From contig OX638151.1 of assembly GCA_951804945.1 (NCBI GenBank), forward strand, positions 55,428,001 to 55,492,000: DNA of 64,000 nt, read 5' to 3'. Origin of the DNA: Podarcis cretensis (taxonomy: Eukaryota). The position numbers and the translations under genes are program-made. Numbering within the stretch: position 1 is the stretch's first letter; every line of letters starts with the position of its first letter. The notes beneath the pieces were generated by a model. It saw only the letters and a program-made list of their open reading frames with translations. It searched no databases and was not told the origin of the DNA. This document shows, piece by piece, positions 62,847 to 64,000 of this stretch.

Positions 62847-64000
62847 TGTTCCTTCTGTCTCTGACAGACTGCCTTTCTTAAGCGCGCATAGTTTAAACTG
62901 CAAGCTTGCTTCAAAATTTAAATCTAAGGAAGCCATGCTGGACCTTATCAGTCCTAAATAAGACAAAATGAGAATGAAGGGTGCAAATGTTTACCCCACC
63001 TCTTGCTTTATTTGAGTGGTTATATCAACTGAAATAACCCTATGCTTATAAAATATTCTCTCCCAGATTCTCTTCCTATCTTATCTTAGGAAACTGTTCT
63101 TCCTTTAGAGGGTTCTGTATAAAGCTGGATACTTTTATTTTCCTCTTCCTTAGTACATGATAGGAGCATTGAGTGTGCTCTCTTCCCCAGTAGTGCCTGT
63201 GTACATAAGTATGTGTGTCTCTTTGGTAGTACAAATCTTGCTGTGAAATCTTGCTGTGAACCCTATATTTTGGAGGGTTGGACTAGATGACCCTAGGGTC
63301 CCTTTCAACTCTCCCAATTTGTGGCTGTGTGGAAGGACATGTGTCCGCAAGCATTGCAGGGTAATTCTTAATTCTGGTGTGGTGATGGAGTTAAAATTCA
63401 GCCTAGCTTTGCTCTTTAGATTTTAAAAGGTGAGAGGTGAAGCTGTGATGTTTTGAAGCACAACTGGTAATATCAAGCATTTGAGTGATTACAGTGTTTA
63501 TCATTTTGTCTACTATTTAAAAATCAGACTTCAAAGTCAATTCAAAGTTTAAACACATACAAATACATATGGGCCTTGACCAATCCTGTAAATAAAGGGG
63601 CAGGAAAAATTTTGTCTGCAAATGGGAAGGCCGAAATAACTTAGAATGTTAAAAAAAATCCTATGAATTCTGACTCTCTGGCCATTTTTCCCATATATAA
63701 GGGCGTGGCATTGTTCCGCGAATGGCCAGAGGGATATTAACCCTTTCCTGTACATAAAGGAAGCAGTCGCTTTGCTTGGGCTGAAATTGCTAGCTTTTGT
63801 TGGTGAATACTTCAATTGCTGAGTTTCTCTTTTTTGTTTTAAATCTAATCCTCTTTTAAAATCTACTCCTCCTTACCCTTCCCTTATTCAAATTCTAATT
63901 TTGCCAAAAGATGCAACATTTCAATAGTATAGAAGATTTGCTGAGACATGAACTCCACACATGCACAGAGACTAGATCAGCTAAAAAAAAAAAAAGATAG

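Overview
Vertebrate genomic DNA, almost certainly a squamate (lizard), inferred from Sauria-type SINEs and the repeat content. Two convergent genes fill the window. Ezrin (EZR, + strand) has 11 coding exons at 3949-19209; its first 32 codons lie upstream of the window. Synaptotagmin-like 3 (SYTL3, - strand) is complete, with 15 coding exons at 59091-22397 (613 aa). The last SYTL3 intron holds a 7.4-kb full-length L1 with a 17-bp TSD, which itself carries a nested solo LTR and a nested 5'-truncated L1 of a sister family. Also present: a Penelope-like retroelement with a minimal hammerhead ribozyme and a related fold-back remnant (both with 13-bp TSDs), an ERV LTR+PBS+leader fragment upstream of SYTL3, and many SINEs, MITEs and L2/CR1 fragments. 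I found no convincing new protein-coding system. The most interesting signals concern mobile-element mechanism (PLE fold-back at the ribozyme site, a conserved L1 3'UTR motif complementary to the L1 5' end) plus a 13-nt miR-96 match in the EZR 3'UTR.
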